From an uncultured Candidatus Peregrinibacteria bacterium (lineage in GTDB: Bacteria; Patescibacteriota; Gracilibacteria; Peribacterales; Peribacteraceae), in assembly GCA_937863435.1 (NCBI GenBank), contig CALMES010000147.1:1639-65638 (forward strand): a stretch of DNA of 64,000 nucleotides, in the 5' to 3' direction. The position numbers and the translations under genes were made by a program. This document shows positions 28,494 through 39,173 of this stretch, in pieces. The notes beneath the pieces were generated by a model. That model was not told where the DNA came from. It saw only the letters and a program-made list of their open reading frames with translations, and did not search any database. Every line of letters begins with the position of its first letter. The stretch's first letter is position 1.

Positions 28494-29654
28494 CTACTCA
28501 TCCGCCATCCGCAACGGCATGATGAGATGTAGATACTGCTCATCGGTTGGCAGGCGGAAGACAGCCGGGTGCATTTTGTCGGATAATTCCATATCAAGCG
28601 AATCGCTGTCGATACGTGACAGGAAATCGATCAGATAGTGCGAACTGATGGCGATCTTGTTTTCCGTTCCCTGTACCATTGCAGCAATATCGGATTCGTC
28701 TTTTCCCATCTGTGTCTGTTTAGTAGAAAGATGCATCACCTCCGGCGTAATGGCAAAGGTAATATTATTATTCACCTCCTTCGCAAAGTAATGCATGCGT
28801 TTTACCGCACTAAGAAGCTCTTTTACTGAAATATGGCACGTAGTGTTTTTTACTTTTGGCAGCACCTGAATGTAGTCTGGAAATTTCCCATCAATCAAGC
28901 GACTGGTAAGTTGTACATGTCCGACTGTTGCCTCTATTTGCTGCTGACTCACATTCATACTAATAACATCTGTTTCTGAAATCTTCTTCTCTTTCTTTTC
29001 TTTATTCTCGGCGCCTTCGGCCATTTTTCTCCCGGCAATCACTACCTTTAATTCCTCTAAAAACTTCGCCGGAATAATACACGACATTTCCTGCTCAATT
29101 CCCTCAACCGACATTTTGTACTCTGATAAACGATAGCTATCGGTTCCCACAAGTGTGATCGCACCCTGTTCCACCTTCATAAACACACCCGAGATAACCG
29201 GACGTGATGTTGTTTTGGCGCAGGCGAAAGTTACCAGGTTTAGCGCCCGTAGAAGAGGATCGGCCGGAAGGGAAAATGTCGCCTGTTTTGCAATAGAGGT
29301 AATAACCGGATACGCCGACGCGCTCTCGCCGGAAATCATGGCTTTTGCCCGCTTGGATTTGAGTTTTAACTGAGTTCCTTCCGCAGCTTCCAGAACCACT
29401 TCTTCGTCCTGATTGTATTGTACAAAGTTTAAGAGTGCTTTTGCTGGAACGGTAATTGTGCCCTCACTTTCTATTGTCGCATCGAAACTCATCACAATGG
29501 ATAACTCCAGATTTGTCGCACTTAATGTGCAACGATTTCCACTCACCACCATAAGAACGTTTTGCAAAATCGGCAACATCTGCTCGCCGCCAATTGCACG
29601 ACTTGTCAGTTGTACAGCAGAGAGAAGTGCGGATGTTTTGCAGGAGAATTTCAT
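28494..29654 (-). CDS. dnaN: DNA polymerase III beta sliding clamp
   Basis: The N-terminus is MKFSCKTSALLSAVQLTSRAIGGEQMLPILQNVL. Length is consistent with a three-domain clamp. Confidence 0.9.
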   Translation of the reverse strand: MKFSCKTSALLSAVQLTSRAIGGEQMLPILQNVLMVVSGNRCTLSATNLELSIVMSFDATIESEGTITVPAKALLNFVQYNQDEEVVLEAAEGTQLKLKSKRAKAMISGESASAYPVITSIAKQATFSLPADPLLRALNLVTFACAKTTSRPVISGVFMKVEQGAITLVGTDSYRLSEYKMSVEGIEQEMSCIIPAKFLEELKVVIAGRKMAEGAENKEKKEKKISETDVISMNVSQQQIEATVGHVQLTSRLIDGKFPDYIQVLPKVKNTTCHISVKELLSAVKRMHYFAKEVNNNITFAITPEVMHLSTKQTQMGKDESDIAAMVQGTENKIAISSHYLIDFLSRIDSDSLDMELSDKMHPAVFRLPTDEQYLHLIMPLRMADE

Positions 29655-30146
29655 AAGGTATTGAGAGAGGGAAGTTATTCTAGAAGCTGGCTTGAAAAAT
29701 GAAAAGAGATATCCAAATTTTCTTTCTTACCGGAGTTATCCACATTCCACACGTCTCTATTTATGAAAAAGGTTTTAAAAAAATTTTATATATTCAGATA
29801 GTCATCATAGTAGGGGGTTGTAAGATAATCAGGAATGATTTGTAATGATGGGGATTGGTGTGGAAGAATCGACGTAAGTATTATTGTCATTGTTGTCTGA
29901 AAGCCAAAAAGTGAAAAATCTGTATAAAAAGTGTGTGTGGAATGAGTGTGGATAACTTTTGAGTTGTCGGCAGGTGTTTGATACTGGGAGCCAATGTTAT
30001 ATAAATGGCTTACAATAAAGGAAAGCTACATGATATGTGGATAGATCGGGAAGAATGGGGATAAGGTGGAAAAGAGGTTATCCACATTGGATGTGGATAA
30101 CTTTTAACAGGAGCATCGCCTTTCTTTGTATAATATTTTCTTATAA
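29655..30146. promoter_or_regulatory. putative oriC: DnaA-box cluster plus AT-rich unwinding region
   Basis: TTATCCACA occurs at 29736-29744 and 30078-30086. TGTGGATAA occurs at 29947-29955 and 30092-30100. TGTGGATAG occurs at 30036-30044. An AT-rich tract lies at about 29755-29830. Confidence 0.65.
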
Positions 30147-31448
30147 TCAGACTTTCTTTTTAAAGCCTGCCCGCTGCTCAGGCTGCGTTGCCTGTTTGTT
30201 GTTCGGGCGAATGTCGAGCTCTTGTTTTGTTTTTACAAATGAATCGTCAGGAATATCTTGTGATACGGTGATGTTGGACGCCAAAAATGAGCCTGCACCG
30301 ACCTTGATGCCAGGCGAGATGCAGCAGTGGATGCCAGTGCGAATATTTGCCCCCAGAATAGCGCCAAACTTTGTGAGGCCGGTGGGAGTTGGCTCTCCTT
30401 TTACATGAGACTGAATTTCTGTTTCATCTAAACGTAAGTTACCAAGTGTTGTCCCGCCGCCAAGCGATGTATTGGCATCAATCACGCTGTCGCCCACGTA
30501 ACTCATGTGCGTCCATACATTGTCTGCCAGCACAGACCGGACAACTTCCGTGTTGTAGCCGATGACACAATTCTCGCCAATTGAGGAATTGCGTACCAGC
30601 GCATTATTGGCAACGATCGTGTTATCCCCAATAGTGCACGGGCCCATAATGGTTGCGTGTGGCAGTACGCGGACATTCTCGCCGAGCACAACAGCTCCTT
30701 CTATAACAGCGCTCTTGTGAATCTTGGTGGATGCGGGAATGATCGGCTTGGCATTGGTCGGGAGCACGAGCGGGAGCACATTGAGTAAATGCCATGGATA
30801 TTTGATTGCCTGCCACTCACCATTGTAAGGAAGAGCTTCGTAATGGCCCGACTTGAAAAGGATATCGAGTGCTTGTTCGTAGCCATCATCCTTTTTTGTT
30901 TCAATCTTCTTGAGTGTCTGGAGAAGGAGGGCGGCATTTTTGTGCCCATGCGCGACGATGTTGACCATGTCAGACGGCTCATTGCCAGCACCTGGCTTTT
31001 CGACAATTGAGGTAATGCGCCTGTTTTTAACTGTCAGATAGCCACCCGGGAAATACTGCTTTACTTTTTTGGCCAGCAGAACGCCATCAATTTTCTTGTC
31101 GTTCATTTTCAGGAGAATAGCTTTGTAAGCTCGCGGCTCGATCAGGTCATTGCTGTTTACTAGCAATACAGGTTCCTTCTTGCAAATCGGCAGCGCCGAC
31201 AAAAATGCTTCGCGCATGCCGAGCGAATCATCTTTCTGTTCGACAAACTGCACATTCTTGAGCTTCAGTTTTTTGGCGAGCATGAGATTGTGTTTGCCAC
31301 CGACGAGTATCAACTCCTTGCAGCCACCTTCACGCAGGCGATCAATCTGGTGCTCTAAAATTGTTTTGCCACCAATGTGCCAGAAGCATTTTTCTTTGAG
31401 TGGCCAGAAGCGCGTAGAAAGGCCGGCAAAAATGACGATGGTCTTCAT
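30147..31448 (-). CDS. sugar-phosphate nucleotidyltransferase with C-terminal left-handed beta-helix (GlmU/GCD1-like)
   Basis: The N-terminus MKTIVIFAGLSTRFWPL is an NTP-transferase motif. The C-terminal half contains hexapeptide repeats. Confidence 0.75.
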   Translation of the reverse strand: MKTIVIFAGLSTRFWPLKEKCFWHIGGKTILEHQIDRLREGGCKELILVGGKHNLMLAKKLKLKNVQFVEQKDDSLGMREAFLSALPICKKEPVLLVNSNDLIEPRAYKAILLKMNDKKIDGVLLAKKVKQYFPGGYLTVKNRRITSIVEKPGAGNEPSDMVNIVAHGHKNAALLLQTLKKIETKKDDGYEQALDILFKSGHYEALPYNGEWQAIKYPWHLLNVLPLVLPTNAKPIIPASTKIHKSAVIEGAVVLGENVRVLPHATIMGPCTIGDNTIVANNALVRNSSIGENCVIGYNTEVVRSVLADNVWTHMSYVGDSVIDANTSLGGGTTLGNLRLDETEIQSHVKGEPTPTGLTKFGAILGANIRTGIHCCISPGIKVGAGSFLASNITVSQDIPDDSFVKTKQELDIRPNNKQATQPEQRAGFKKKV

Positions 31449-31822
31449 TGGTTGGATAGCATACAGGATAACCGGGCAGAAATAGCAAGCAGTTACGCAA
31501 TAATGTCCACAAGGTCTGCCGGGATCCGAAAAGCCGGCCACCTATGGCGGTCGGCAGCGCCAATTCTTTGGCTCAGCGGAAAATGCTGATAATAATTTTA
31601 TGATTTCCGTCAGCGTATTCCAGATCCAGCTCCATACATCTGTTCGTTCTTCGTTTGGCGTCTGACTGGGCATGCGATCCGCTCCTGGAGGGCCTTGGAG
31701 GCAAGATCAGCTTGTTCAGCATACACACACTCAGGCTTCTTCAGTGGTATATCAACTATTGCTGACACCTCAAATCACTTGACTTTTTTCTTAGAGTGAG
31801 ATTGTGAAATGTAAATAATAGT

Positions 31823-34800
31823 TTGCATTCTGGTCAAACATTCTTTACCCTTTCAGGTTATATTCTATTTCTTTCTTGTATTGCCATGTCCTGGTATCTC
31901 GTTTTTGCTCTCGCAGTAATCTTGTGTGCCTATTGTTGCAGGGCATCGGTTTCGGCTTTGATTTATTCACGCAGGGTGCAAAGCATTGTTGTCATGAGCT
32001 CGGTATTGCTTTCAACAGTTCTTATCCCGGTGGGTCCGCATGCATCCCTGGAAGGGATTGGTGCCGATGCATCTCTGGAGACGGTTGATATGTCGCTGCA
32101 AGCACCGCCTTCCGACACAGCAATGCCTGAAAGCGCGCAAGAGATCTCCAGCTCAGATTCATCATCTCTGGTGCCGGCTTACTTCGATCCCTCTATGGCC
32201 TCACGGCAAAGCCAGGCTTCCAGTCTGTCTGGCGACTCATCCTGGACGGGGTCGTCATCGCAAGAGTCGGTTTCCGCTTCTTCGCCCTCCTCGTCGGATG
32301 CGGGCTTTGCAGGCTCTCTGCAGTCAGCCTATTTCAGTTCGGCATACTCCGATGACAGCGTCTCTTCCCGATCGTCCGAGGAGGCGGCTTTCCCGTCACT
32401 TTCATCGAGTTTCTCATCTGAAAATTCCGACGCGCAGGCCGCAACACCGGCCGACAGGGCAGAAGAAGTGGCGAGCGAGCCAGAGGAGCTGCGCGCAGGG
32501 GATGAGTGGGTGCTGCTGGTCGGACCGAATTCTGTTGCAGACAATAAAGAGGTACAGGCCATGATGCGGCGGATTGATGCTGAGCCGAAAGTGACAGATT
32601 CGTCGTTTTCTCTTTCCAATTCGGTTTCAAAAATTTTTCAAAATATTGCCGGCATAGAGTCGAGCACGCCTGCGGAATTGAGCGGCGATCGCGCAGCTCT
32701 GATGCGCAAGGTGAATGATGTAAAAAAGACCAACCAAGCCGGACGCAATACTGCTGTCGCCGAGCTGGCGGGAAGGCTGGGACGAACGGTTGCCTCTCTG
32801 CGCGCCCCTGGTTCGCTGAGCATTGACATTGTGCTGAACGCAGAGAAAATCCGTTTGCCGAAAGACCGCATTGCAGAGCTGAATGCAGAGTTGCAGGGGT
32901 ACAGAATAGTTGAACTGGATGCGGTGAAGGCAACGTTGAGCCAGTCAGTGCCGCAAATACAGGCAAATACCGTATGGACCAAAAAATCCGATAACAACAG
33001 CTGCACGCCAGGCTCGGCTGATTGTATTACCGGAAGAGGGATGAAAATTGCGGTTATTGATACCGGCATTGATTACAGACATGTGGAGTTTGGTGCGTGC
33101 GCGACACTTGGCAATTGCCCTAAAATTGCCGATGCGTACGATTTTGTGAATAACGACAGCGATCCTGTCGATGACAACGGTCATGGTACGCACGTAGCCG
33201 CTATTGCGGCTGGAAATGGTGTGCTTAAAGGAGTAGCGCCGGATGCGAGGCTGTATGTGTATAAAGTGCTAGGTGCGAATGGCGAAGGGGACGGAGGATT
33301 GGTAGCGGCTGCAATTGATAGGGCTCTTGATCCTGACAACAATGGTGACTTGAGCGATCGTGCCGACGTTATCAATTTAAGCCTGAACTCCGCCACGGAA
33401 CATAATCCAAACGACTTGATGAGCCTAGAGGTAGATGCTGCCGCTCAATTGGGTGCAATAGGGGTCGTAGCGGTTGGCAACAATGGTGCCGGGGGATTCA
33501 TTTATTCGCCTGCCAATGCGCGCGAAGGCATCGCGGTTGGGGCTGTTGATAAATTGGGAAATTTGTATTCCTATTCAACGCGCAGCAAAACATCATTGTA
33601 TATTCCAAAGCCAGATATTGTAGCGCCGGGAGTCGGGATTTGTGCAGCCAGAGCAGCCGGCCAGCTGAACGGCGCTCAGTCATGTATCGACAGCAACCAT
33701 GTCTATCTGGATGGTACCAGCATGGCTGCTCCGCATGTTGCGGGGGTGGCAGCACTTATGCGCCAGGCTCATCCTTCGTGGACGCCGCAGCAAGTAAAAG
33801 CTGCCTTGCGCGCTACTGCAGGAGGTGCCAATGCATTCAGCCTCAACGCATTTTCATCGCAGGGGTTCGGATTGATCAATGCGGCGCAGGCGGTGTTTCA
33901 GGCTACGCCTGTTGATGCGGTGACGCTGTCAACCGCAGGCGGCGTGAGCGGGATTATCAATGTAACTGGCGCAGTGAATGCGTCGTCGATCGCCTCTTAT
34001 TCGCTGTGGATGCAGTCATTTAAAACCGGCATCCGGACCAATCTTTTTACATCTTCCGCTCCGCCGAGCGGAAACATCTTGATGTCGGGATTTGATACAC
34101 ATGCGCTGGGCATTGGTGATCAGTATTATCTGGTCCTTGAGGCGACAGACACTGCCAGTCGTATCAGTCGCGATGTCTCCATTATCTATTCAAACAATAC
34201 CGTACCATCTCCGGCGGATTTGCAGCTGACTGTTGTCGGCGACTCTGCATGGGTGCCGACGGGAACGGGCACCTATCAAATGACGGTCAAAAATCTGGAT
34301 GCGTCAGTGACGGCTAATGCGGTCGTTGTGACGGCGGATCTCGACACGCATTCCGCCTTTGTGCCCGCCCTTTCCAGCCCCGAGTGCGTGACGACAGGGG
34401 CGCACGATGCAGTGTGCACGATTGCCGCGCTTGCGCCGGGGGCCAGCAAGAAATTCACTGTCAAATTTGCCCCGCAAGACAGCAAGGTCACATGTGATCC
34501 TACCATCACCAATGTGGCAAACGCGTGGTCTGATAACTATGATTCCGCTCCCGCCAACAATCAGAATATTGTGACCAATACAGCGTTCCGCTGCCCTGCA
34601 GATCTTTCCATCACGCGCACAGGCTCGGGCTCCATTCAGCGCGGCATGATCGGCGGCTACACAATGGTTGTTGCCAATGCGGGGCCGGGCAACGCATCCA
34701 GCGTAGCCGTGACAGACATTCCTCCAACGACAGACGCGGTATTTCAGCCGGCACTCAGTTCCGGCTCATGTCATGTGGTGGGACAGAACGTGGTGTGTAA

Positions 34801-37800
34801 CAATTTTGGCTTGAATGCGGGGGCATCGCAGACGCTGACCATCGCATACCTCATTCCGGCCGTTGCAAACTGCTCACCTGAAAATGCGCAGACATCTGCG
34901 GCAATTTCATCCTCCACTTTCGATTGGTATCTGTCCAACAATACAAGCAGTACTCTGCAGACAAGCATCACATGTCCTGCCGGCAGCACAGCAGACGTGT
35001 CGCTGACGGCCAGCGGATCAAACACGTCCGTTCTGGGATCGCCGTTTGTTTTTGCCGCCACGGCTTTCAACAAAGGACCTCAGACTGCTGCAAATACTGT
35101 TTTGACGGTGACACTTCCCGCTGGCGCGGCCATTGTTTCCACATCGGATGCCACCTGCGGTCTTTCCAACGGCGTTATAGCCTGCCCTGCCACGGCGCTT
35201 GCGGTGAACCAGTCAAAAACCCTGGTGCTTCAGCTGCGTCTGCCGCTGGGCGGGGCCTGTCCGGTGTCTGCGACGACAGTGGCAAACGTTTCTGCGGCGA
35301 CGTCGGATCCTGTTTCGGGCAATAATACTGCCTCAGCAACCACCGGCGTCAGCTGCCCGCCTGCCGACCTTTCTCTGGTACGCACCGGCTCCGCCAGCAT
35401 TGTTCGTGGTTCTGCCGGCGCGTTTGTGATCACAGTCACCAACAACGGTCCGGGAGACGCATCGAACGTGTCGATAGCCGATAACCCGCCTGCCGATTTT
35501 GTCTATCAGACATCTGCAGGATGCCGGCTCGTCGGTTCGACGCCGGTGTGTGACGGTTTCAATCTTGCTGCGGGTGCCAGCAAAACATTCACGATCCGTT
35601 ACAGCGTTCCGGCCATTGCCAATTGCAGTCCGAAGAATGTGACGTCCTCGGCGACGGTCACTTCCTCGGCAACAGACCCGGATGCTGCGAATAATACCAC
35701 GGCTGGCCTGGTCACCGTTATTGTCTGCCCTCCTCCGTCTGCAGACTTGGCGGTGGCTGCAACGGGAACTGCGGCCGTACTTCCGGGAAACAATTTCTCG
35801 GTCTATGTTTCTGTAAAAAACACGGGTCCCAACATCGCAAACAGTGTCGTTCTGAAAAATCAGATGCCTGCCGGCGCCGTATTTGTCTCGAGTTCCGATG
35901 TCAATTGTATCGATATTGCGGGAGTGGTGACTTGCGGGTCGGTCAGCCTGTCGGTCAATGAGACGAAGGCAACAACCATCCGGATGAAAATGCCTCAATC
36001 TTTCGCTTGTCCTGCAACAGTAACAAACACCGTTTCCGCCACGTCGAGTACGGATGATGCGAATACCACGAATAATACCGCCGGTTTTTCCACCTCAATC
36101 CTCTGTCCGTCCGCCGATCTTTCTGTTGTGCGCACGGGCATTACGCCTGTCATGAGAGGGGATTCATCCGCGTTTGTCGTGACGGTTACCAACAACGGTC
36201 CGGATACGGCTACAGCCGTCGCGCTTACAGACAATCTGCCGTCTGATTTTCAGTTTCAGGCATCCGCGGGCTGTCAGGCAGTGAATGGCAAGGTGTTGTG
36301 CAGCGGCTTCGATCTGCCCTCCGGTTCGTCCAAAACTTTCACGGTGAACTATAAGGTTGCCACGACAGCCCCGTGCTCACCCGGGTCGGTCACATCGTTT
36401 GCCAGCGTCACATCAGCGGTTGCGGATCCGTCTGGCGCCAATAATGCCACCAATGTCCTGACCACGCAGATCGTGTGTCCTCAGGCAGACCTGATGGTTA
36501 CAGCCACAGGCTCGACTGCTTCTATTGTAGGATTGCCATACGGCATTGCGGCAACCATGAAAAATAACGGTCCTCAGACAGCGCCAGACGCCGTTCTCGC
36601 CATTGCGCTTCCTGCAAATGCGATCATCTTGTCTACGTCCGATCCCACGTGTTTGCCTGGCGCGCAGAACATTGTGACCTGCGCTGCGGTCAGCCTGACG
36701 AGCGGACAGACAAAGACGCTCTCTCTCCAGATCAGGCTGCCGGCTAGCGCTGCCTGTCCCGTCACCGTCGAGGCTGTTGCGTCAGCATCCTCGTCGACCA
36801 ATGACCCGGTGCCCGGCAATAACACGTCCATCGTGCAGACAGTAAACGGATGCCCGAAGGCGGATGTACTGACAACAGTCCAGGGGCCTGCAGAAATTGT
36901 GATGGGCGCAGTGCTTACGGTCACCGGATCCGTCGTCAACGCAGGCCCGCAGGCCGCCGATGCGGTCAGGATTTCGTTCACGCTGCCGCCGAATGCAACA
37001 GTGCTGTCCGTCACAGATGCGGCATGTACGGCATCGGCCAGTCTTTTGACCTGCTTGCCGACCACTCTTGACCTGAATCAGGTGAAGAAAGTCGGCGTCC
37101 GATACAGACTGCCGCTCACTGCCTCCTGTCCGGCGACTATGCCTACCGTCGTTTCGGCGACCGCGGCAACTCTCGATCCGGTTGGTGCCAATAATGCCGC
37201 AACGCTCAGTACCAGCTTTGCCTGTCCGCCTGCTGATATTTCTGTCACGCGCACCTCAAGCGGCAGTGTCATGCGCGGGGATGTCTTTACCGTCACACTC
37301 ACGTCCGCCAACAAAGGTCCCGGCCCTGCCAACAATGTGGTTCTCACCGATATGCCCGGATCAGGCCTTGGTTTTGTCTCCGGCACAACTGGCTGCAGCG
37401 CCTCGGGTCAGCTGGTTATCTGCGTCATCGGAAACCTCGCGTCCGCAAGCACGAAAACTTTTACTTTGCGCTACAACACCACTCCGCCCGCACTTTCGTG
37501 CACGAACACCGTTGTCCAGTCGTTTGCCAAAGTGACAACATCGTCCCCTGATCCCAATACATCTGACAACACCGCAGGTCCGGTGAATGTCGCTGTCAAT
37601 TGTCCGCAGGCGGATGTGTCGATTGCCACACCCGGTCCGGCTACCGCATTTGTTGGTGACACATTTTATGCCACCTACACCGTCAAAAATAATGGTCCGT
37701 ATGCCGCTGACAATGTCAGGTTTACCGGCAGCATTCCTGCCGGAGGCGTTCTCATCGGATCGGCACCGGCAGGTTGCACCATAACAGGCAACCAGTTGCA

Positions 37801-39112
37801 GTGCATGGTGGGTTCACTGGCGCTGAATCAGTCCAAAACCATCACGTATCCGTATACGTTTTCCGGCAGCGGCTTCGCCTGTCCGGCAACACTCGACAAT
37901 ATCGCCACAGTCACCGCAGCCACGTCGGATCCGGTGAGCGCCAACAATTCCGTCAATCAGAAAAACACGGTGCTGTGTCCGTCTGCAGACATATTTGTTG
38001 GCGTGAATACATCGCCGACCGCCGTTACGGACGGCGTCTTTTCGGTGACATTTGCCGCCAAGAATACCGGGCCAAGCGTTGCGCAGAATGTCGTGCTCAG
38101 CAACCTTCTCCCTGAGAACAGCGCATTTGTCAGCTCGTCGGATGCATCCTGTACGTATAACGCCGCCGCACGCAAAGTGACCTGCGCGTCCGTCAGCCTG
38201 GCAAAAGATGCCGTGAAATCCGTGACGATCCAGCTGAAAATGCTTGCAGGTTCCCAGTGTCCGGTTGCCGTCGGCAACGTGGTGACTGCCTCCAGTGCCA
38301 CAGCCGATCCCAATGCTGCCAATAATACCGTGACCGGCTGGACGGGCATTACCTGTCCGATTGCAGATCTGCAGGCGTCCATTTCCGGCATGAGTGCCGG
38401 CAAAGCTGAGGATGTATTCACTACCACTCTCACAGCCAAAAACAACGGTCCTGCCAATGCATACGGCGTTGTGCTCGGGGCACAGCTGCCGGCCGGTGCG
38501 GTGCTCATGGGAATTTCGGATCCCACCTGTCAGCTTAACGGTCAGAATATTTCCTGTGCGCCGACCGCACTGCCTGCCAGTCAGGTGAAGACGGTGTACA
38601 TGAACTTCAAGATGCCAGCAGGCTCCAGTTGTCCGGTGAGCCTTAAGACGGTGGTGACGGTTTCCAGCTCTCTTGTCATCGATCAGGTTGATAACAACTG
38701 GGACATTCTCTGGGGAACGCTGCAATGCCCGCCGCCTGTTCCGCCAAACCTGGCGGCTGTCGCGTCCGGTCCTGCCTCCGTCGCCAAAAACAAAGCAGCG
38801 TCCTATACCTTCGGCGTCGTCAATACATCTCCGGCCAATGCCGCCAAAGCGGATCCTTCCACCCTTGTCGTGATTTTGCCGGCTAATACCGTTTTCACCG
38901 CCAAGAATTCCAGCCCGCTGTGTTCACTTGCATCTCCCACTTCCATTTATTGCAAGGCACCGGCTATGGCGAGCGGTCAGTCGACCCTTTTCCCGGTGAT
39001 CCTGACTCGCAAATCGGCAGGAAAGGTTGCTTTTAACGGCGTGCTTGTGCCCGGAGGCGCAGACACCAACAGCGGCGACAATCAGGCAGTCATCAACACC
39101 ACTATCAAGTAA
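31823..39112 (+). CDS. giant surface protein: TM anchor, Ser-rich linker, subtilisin-like S8 protease, about 13 DUF11/CARDB-like repeats
   Basis: The catalytic triad contexts are VIDTGID, HGTHVAAIAAG and GTSMAAPHVAG. Modules starting CP.ADL and containing N(N/K)GP(G/Q) repeat through the rest of the protein. The start is uncertain (TTG 31823 or ATG 31886). Confidence 0.85.
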   Translation: MHSGQTFFTLSGYILFLSCIAMSWYLVFALAVILCAYCCRASVSALIYSRRVQSIVVMSSVLLSTVLIPVGPHASLEGIGADASLETVDMSLQAPPSDTAMPESAQEISSSDSSSLVPAYFDPSMASRQSQASSLSGDSSWTGSSSQESVSASSPSSSDAGFAGSLQSAYFSSAYSDDSVSSRSSEEAAFPSLSSSFSSENSDAQAATPADRAEEVASEPEELRAGDEWVLLVGPNSVADNKEVQAMMRRIDAEPKVTDSSFSLSNSVSKIFQNIAGIESSTPAELSGDRAALMRKVNDVKKTNQAGRNTAVAELAGRLGRTVASLRAPGSLSIDIVLNAEKIRLPKDRIAELNAELQGYRIVELDAVKATLSQSVPQIQANTVWTKKSDNNSCTPGSADCITGRGMKIAVIDTGIDYRHVEFGACATLGNCPKIADAYDFVNNDSDPVDDNGHGTHVAAIAAGNGVLKGVAPDARLYVYKVLGANGEGDGGLVAAAIDRALDPDNNGDLSDRADVINLSLNSATEHNPNDLMSLEVDAAAQLGAIGVVAVGNNGAGGFIYSPANAREGIAVGAVDKLGNLYSYSTRSKTSLYIPKPDIVAPGVGICAARAAGQLNGAQSCIDSNHVYLDGTSMAAPHVAGVAALMRQAHPSWTPQQVKAALRATAGGANAFSLNAFSSQGFGLINAAQAVFQATPVDAVTLSTAGGVSGIINVTGAVNASSIASYSLWMQSFKTGIRTNLFTSSAPPSGNILMSGFDTHALGIGDQYYLVLEATDTASRISRDVSIIYSNNTVPSPADLQLTVVGDSAWVPTGTGTYQMTVKNLDASVTANAVVVTADLDTHSAFVPALSSPECVTTGAHDAVCTIAALAPGASKKFTVKFAPQDSKVTCDPTITNVANAWSDNYDSAPANNQNIVTNTAFRCPADLSITRTGSGSIQRGMIGGYTMVVANAGPGNASSVAVTDIPPTTDAVFQPALSSGSCHVVGQNVVCNNFGLNAGASQTLTIAYLIPAVANCSPENAQTSAAISSSTFDWYLSNNTSSTLQTSITCPAGSTADVSLTASGSNTSVLGSPFVFAATAFNKGPQTAANTVLTVTLPAGAAIVSTSDATCGLSNGVIACPATALAVNQSKTLVLQLRLPLGGACPVSATTVANVSAATSDPVSGNNTASATTGVSCPPADLSLVRTGSASIVRGSAGAFVITVTNNGPGDASNVSIADNPPADFVYQTSAGCRLVGSTPVCDGFNLAAGASKTFTIRYSVPAIANCSPKNVTSSATVTSSATDPDAANNTTAGLVTVIVCPPPSADLAVAATGTAAVLPGNNFSVYVSVKNTGPNIANSVVLKNQMPAGAVFVSSSDVNCIDIAGVVTCGSVSLSVNETKATTIRMKMPQSFACPATVTNTVSATSSTDDANTTNNTAGFSTSILCPSADLSVVRTGITPVMRGDSSAFVVTVTNNGPDTATAVALTDNLPSDFQFQASAGCQAVNGKVLCSGFDLPSGSSKTFTVNYKVATTAPCSPGSVTSFASVTSAVADPSGANNATNVLTTQIVCPQADLMVTATGSTASIVGLPYGIAATMKNNGPQTAPDAVLAIALPANAIILSTSDPTCLPGAQNIVTCAAVSLTSGQTKTLSLQIRLPASAACPVTVEAVASASSSTNDPVPGNNTSIVQTVNGCPKADVLTTVQGPAEIVMGAVLTVTGSVVNAGPQAADAVRISFTLPPNATVLSVTDAACTASASLLTCLPTTLDLNQVKKVGVRYRLPLTASCPATMPTVVSATAATLDPVGANNAATLSTSFACPPADISVTRTSSGSVMRGDVFTVTLTSANKGPGPANNVVLTDMPGSGLGFVSGTTGCSASGQLVICVIGNLASASTKTFTLRYNTTPPALSCTNTVVQSFAKVTTSSPDPNTSDNTAGPVNVAVNCPQADVSIATPGPATAFVGDTFYATYTVKNNGPYAADNVRFTGSIPAGGVLIGSAPAGCTITGNQLQCMVGSLALNQSKTITYPYTFSGSGFACPATLDNIATVTAATSDPVSANNSVNQKNTVLCPSADIFVGVNTSPTAVTDGVFSVTFAAKNTGPSVAQNVVLSNLLPENSAFVSSSDASCTYNAAARKVTCASVSLAKDAVKSVTIQLKMLAGSQCPVAVGNVVTASSATADPNAANNTVTGWTGITCPIADLQASISGMSAGKAEDVFTTTLTAKNNGPANAYGVVLGAQLPAGAVLMGISDPTCQLNGQNISCAPTALPASQVKTVYMNFKMPAGSSCPVSLKTVVTVSSSLVIDQVDNNWDILWGTLQCPPPVPPNLAAVASGPASVAKNKAASYTFGVVNTSPANAAKADPSTLVVILPANTVFTAKNSSPLCSLASPTSIYCKAPAMASGQSTLFPVILTRKSAGKVAFNGVLVPGGADTNSGDNQAVINTTIK

Positions 39113-39125
39113 ATTTTTCTCTCGC

Positions 39126-39160
39126 ACCATCTCCTGATTAGCACATAATCAGGAGATGGT
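39126..39160. terminator. 15-bp perfect hairpin, bidirectional terminator candidate
   Basis: ACCATCTCCTGATTA-GCACA-TAATCAGGAGATGGT lies between convergent genes. Confidence 0.65.
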
Positions 39161-39173
39161 TGATTGATGCATT

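Noticed and set aside
30037-30408. A 123-aa ORF spanning the DnaA-box region
   Set aside because: It overlaps the DnaA-box cluster and the 3-prime end of the nucleotidyltransferase gene. It is most simply explained as non-coding oriC sequence.
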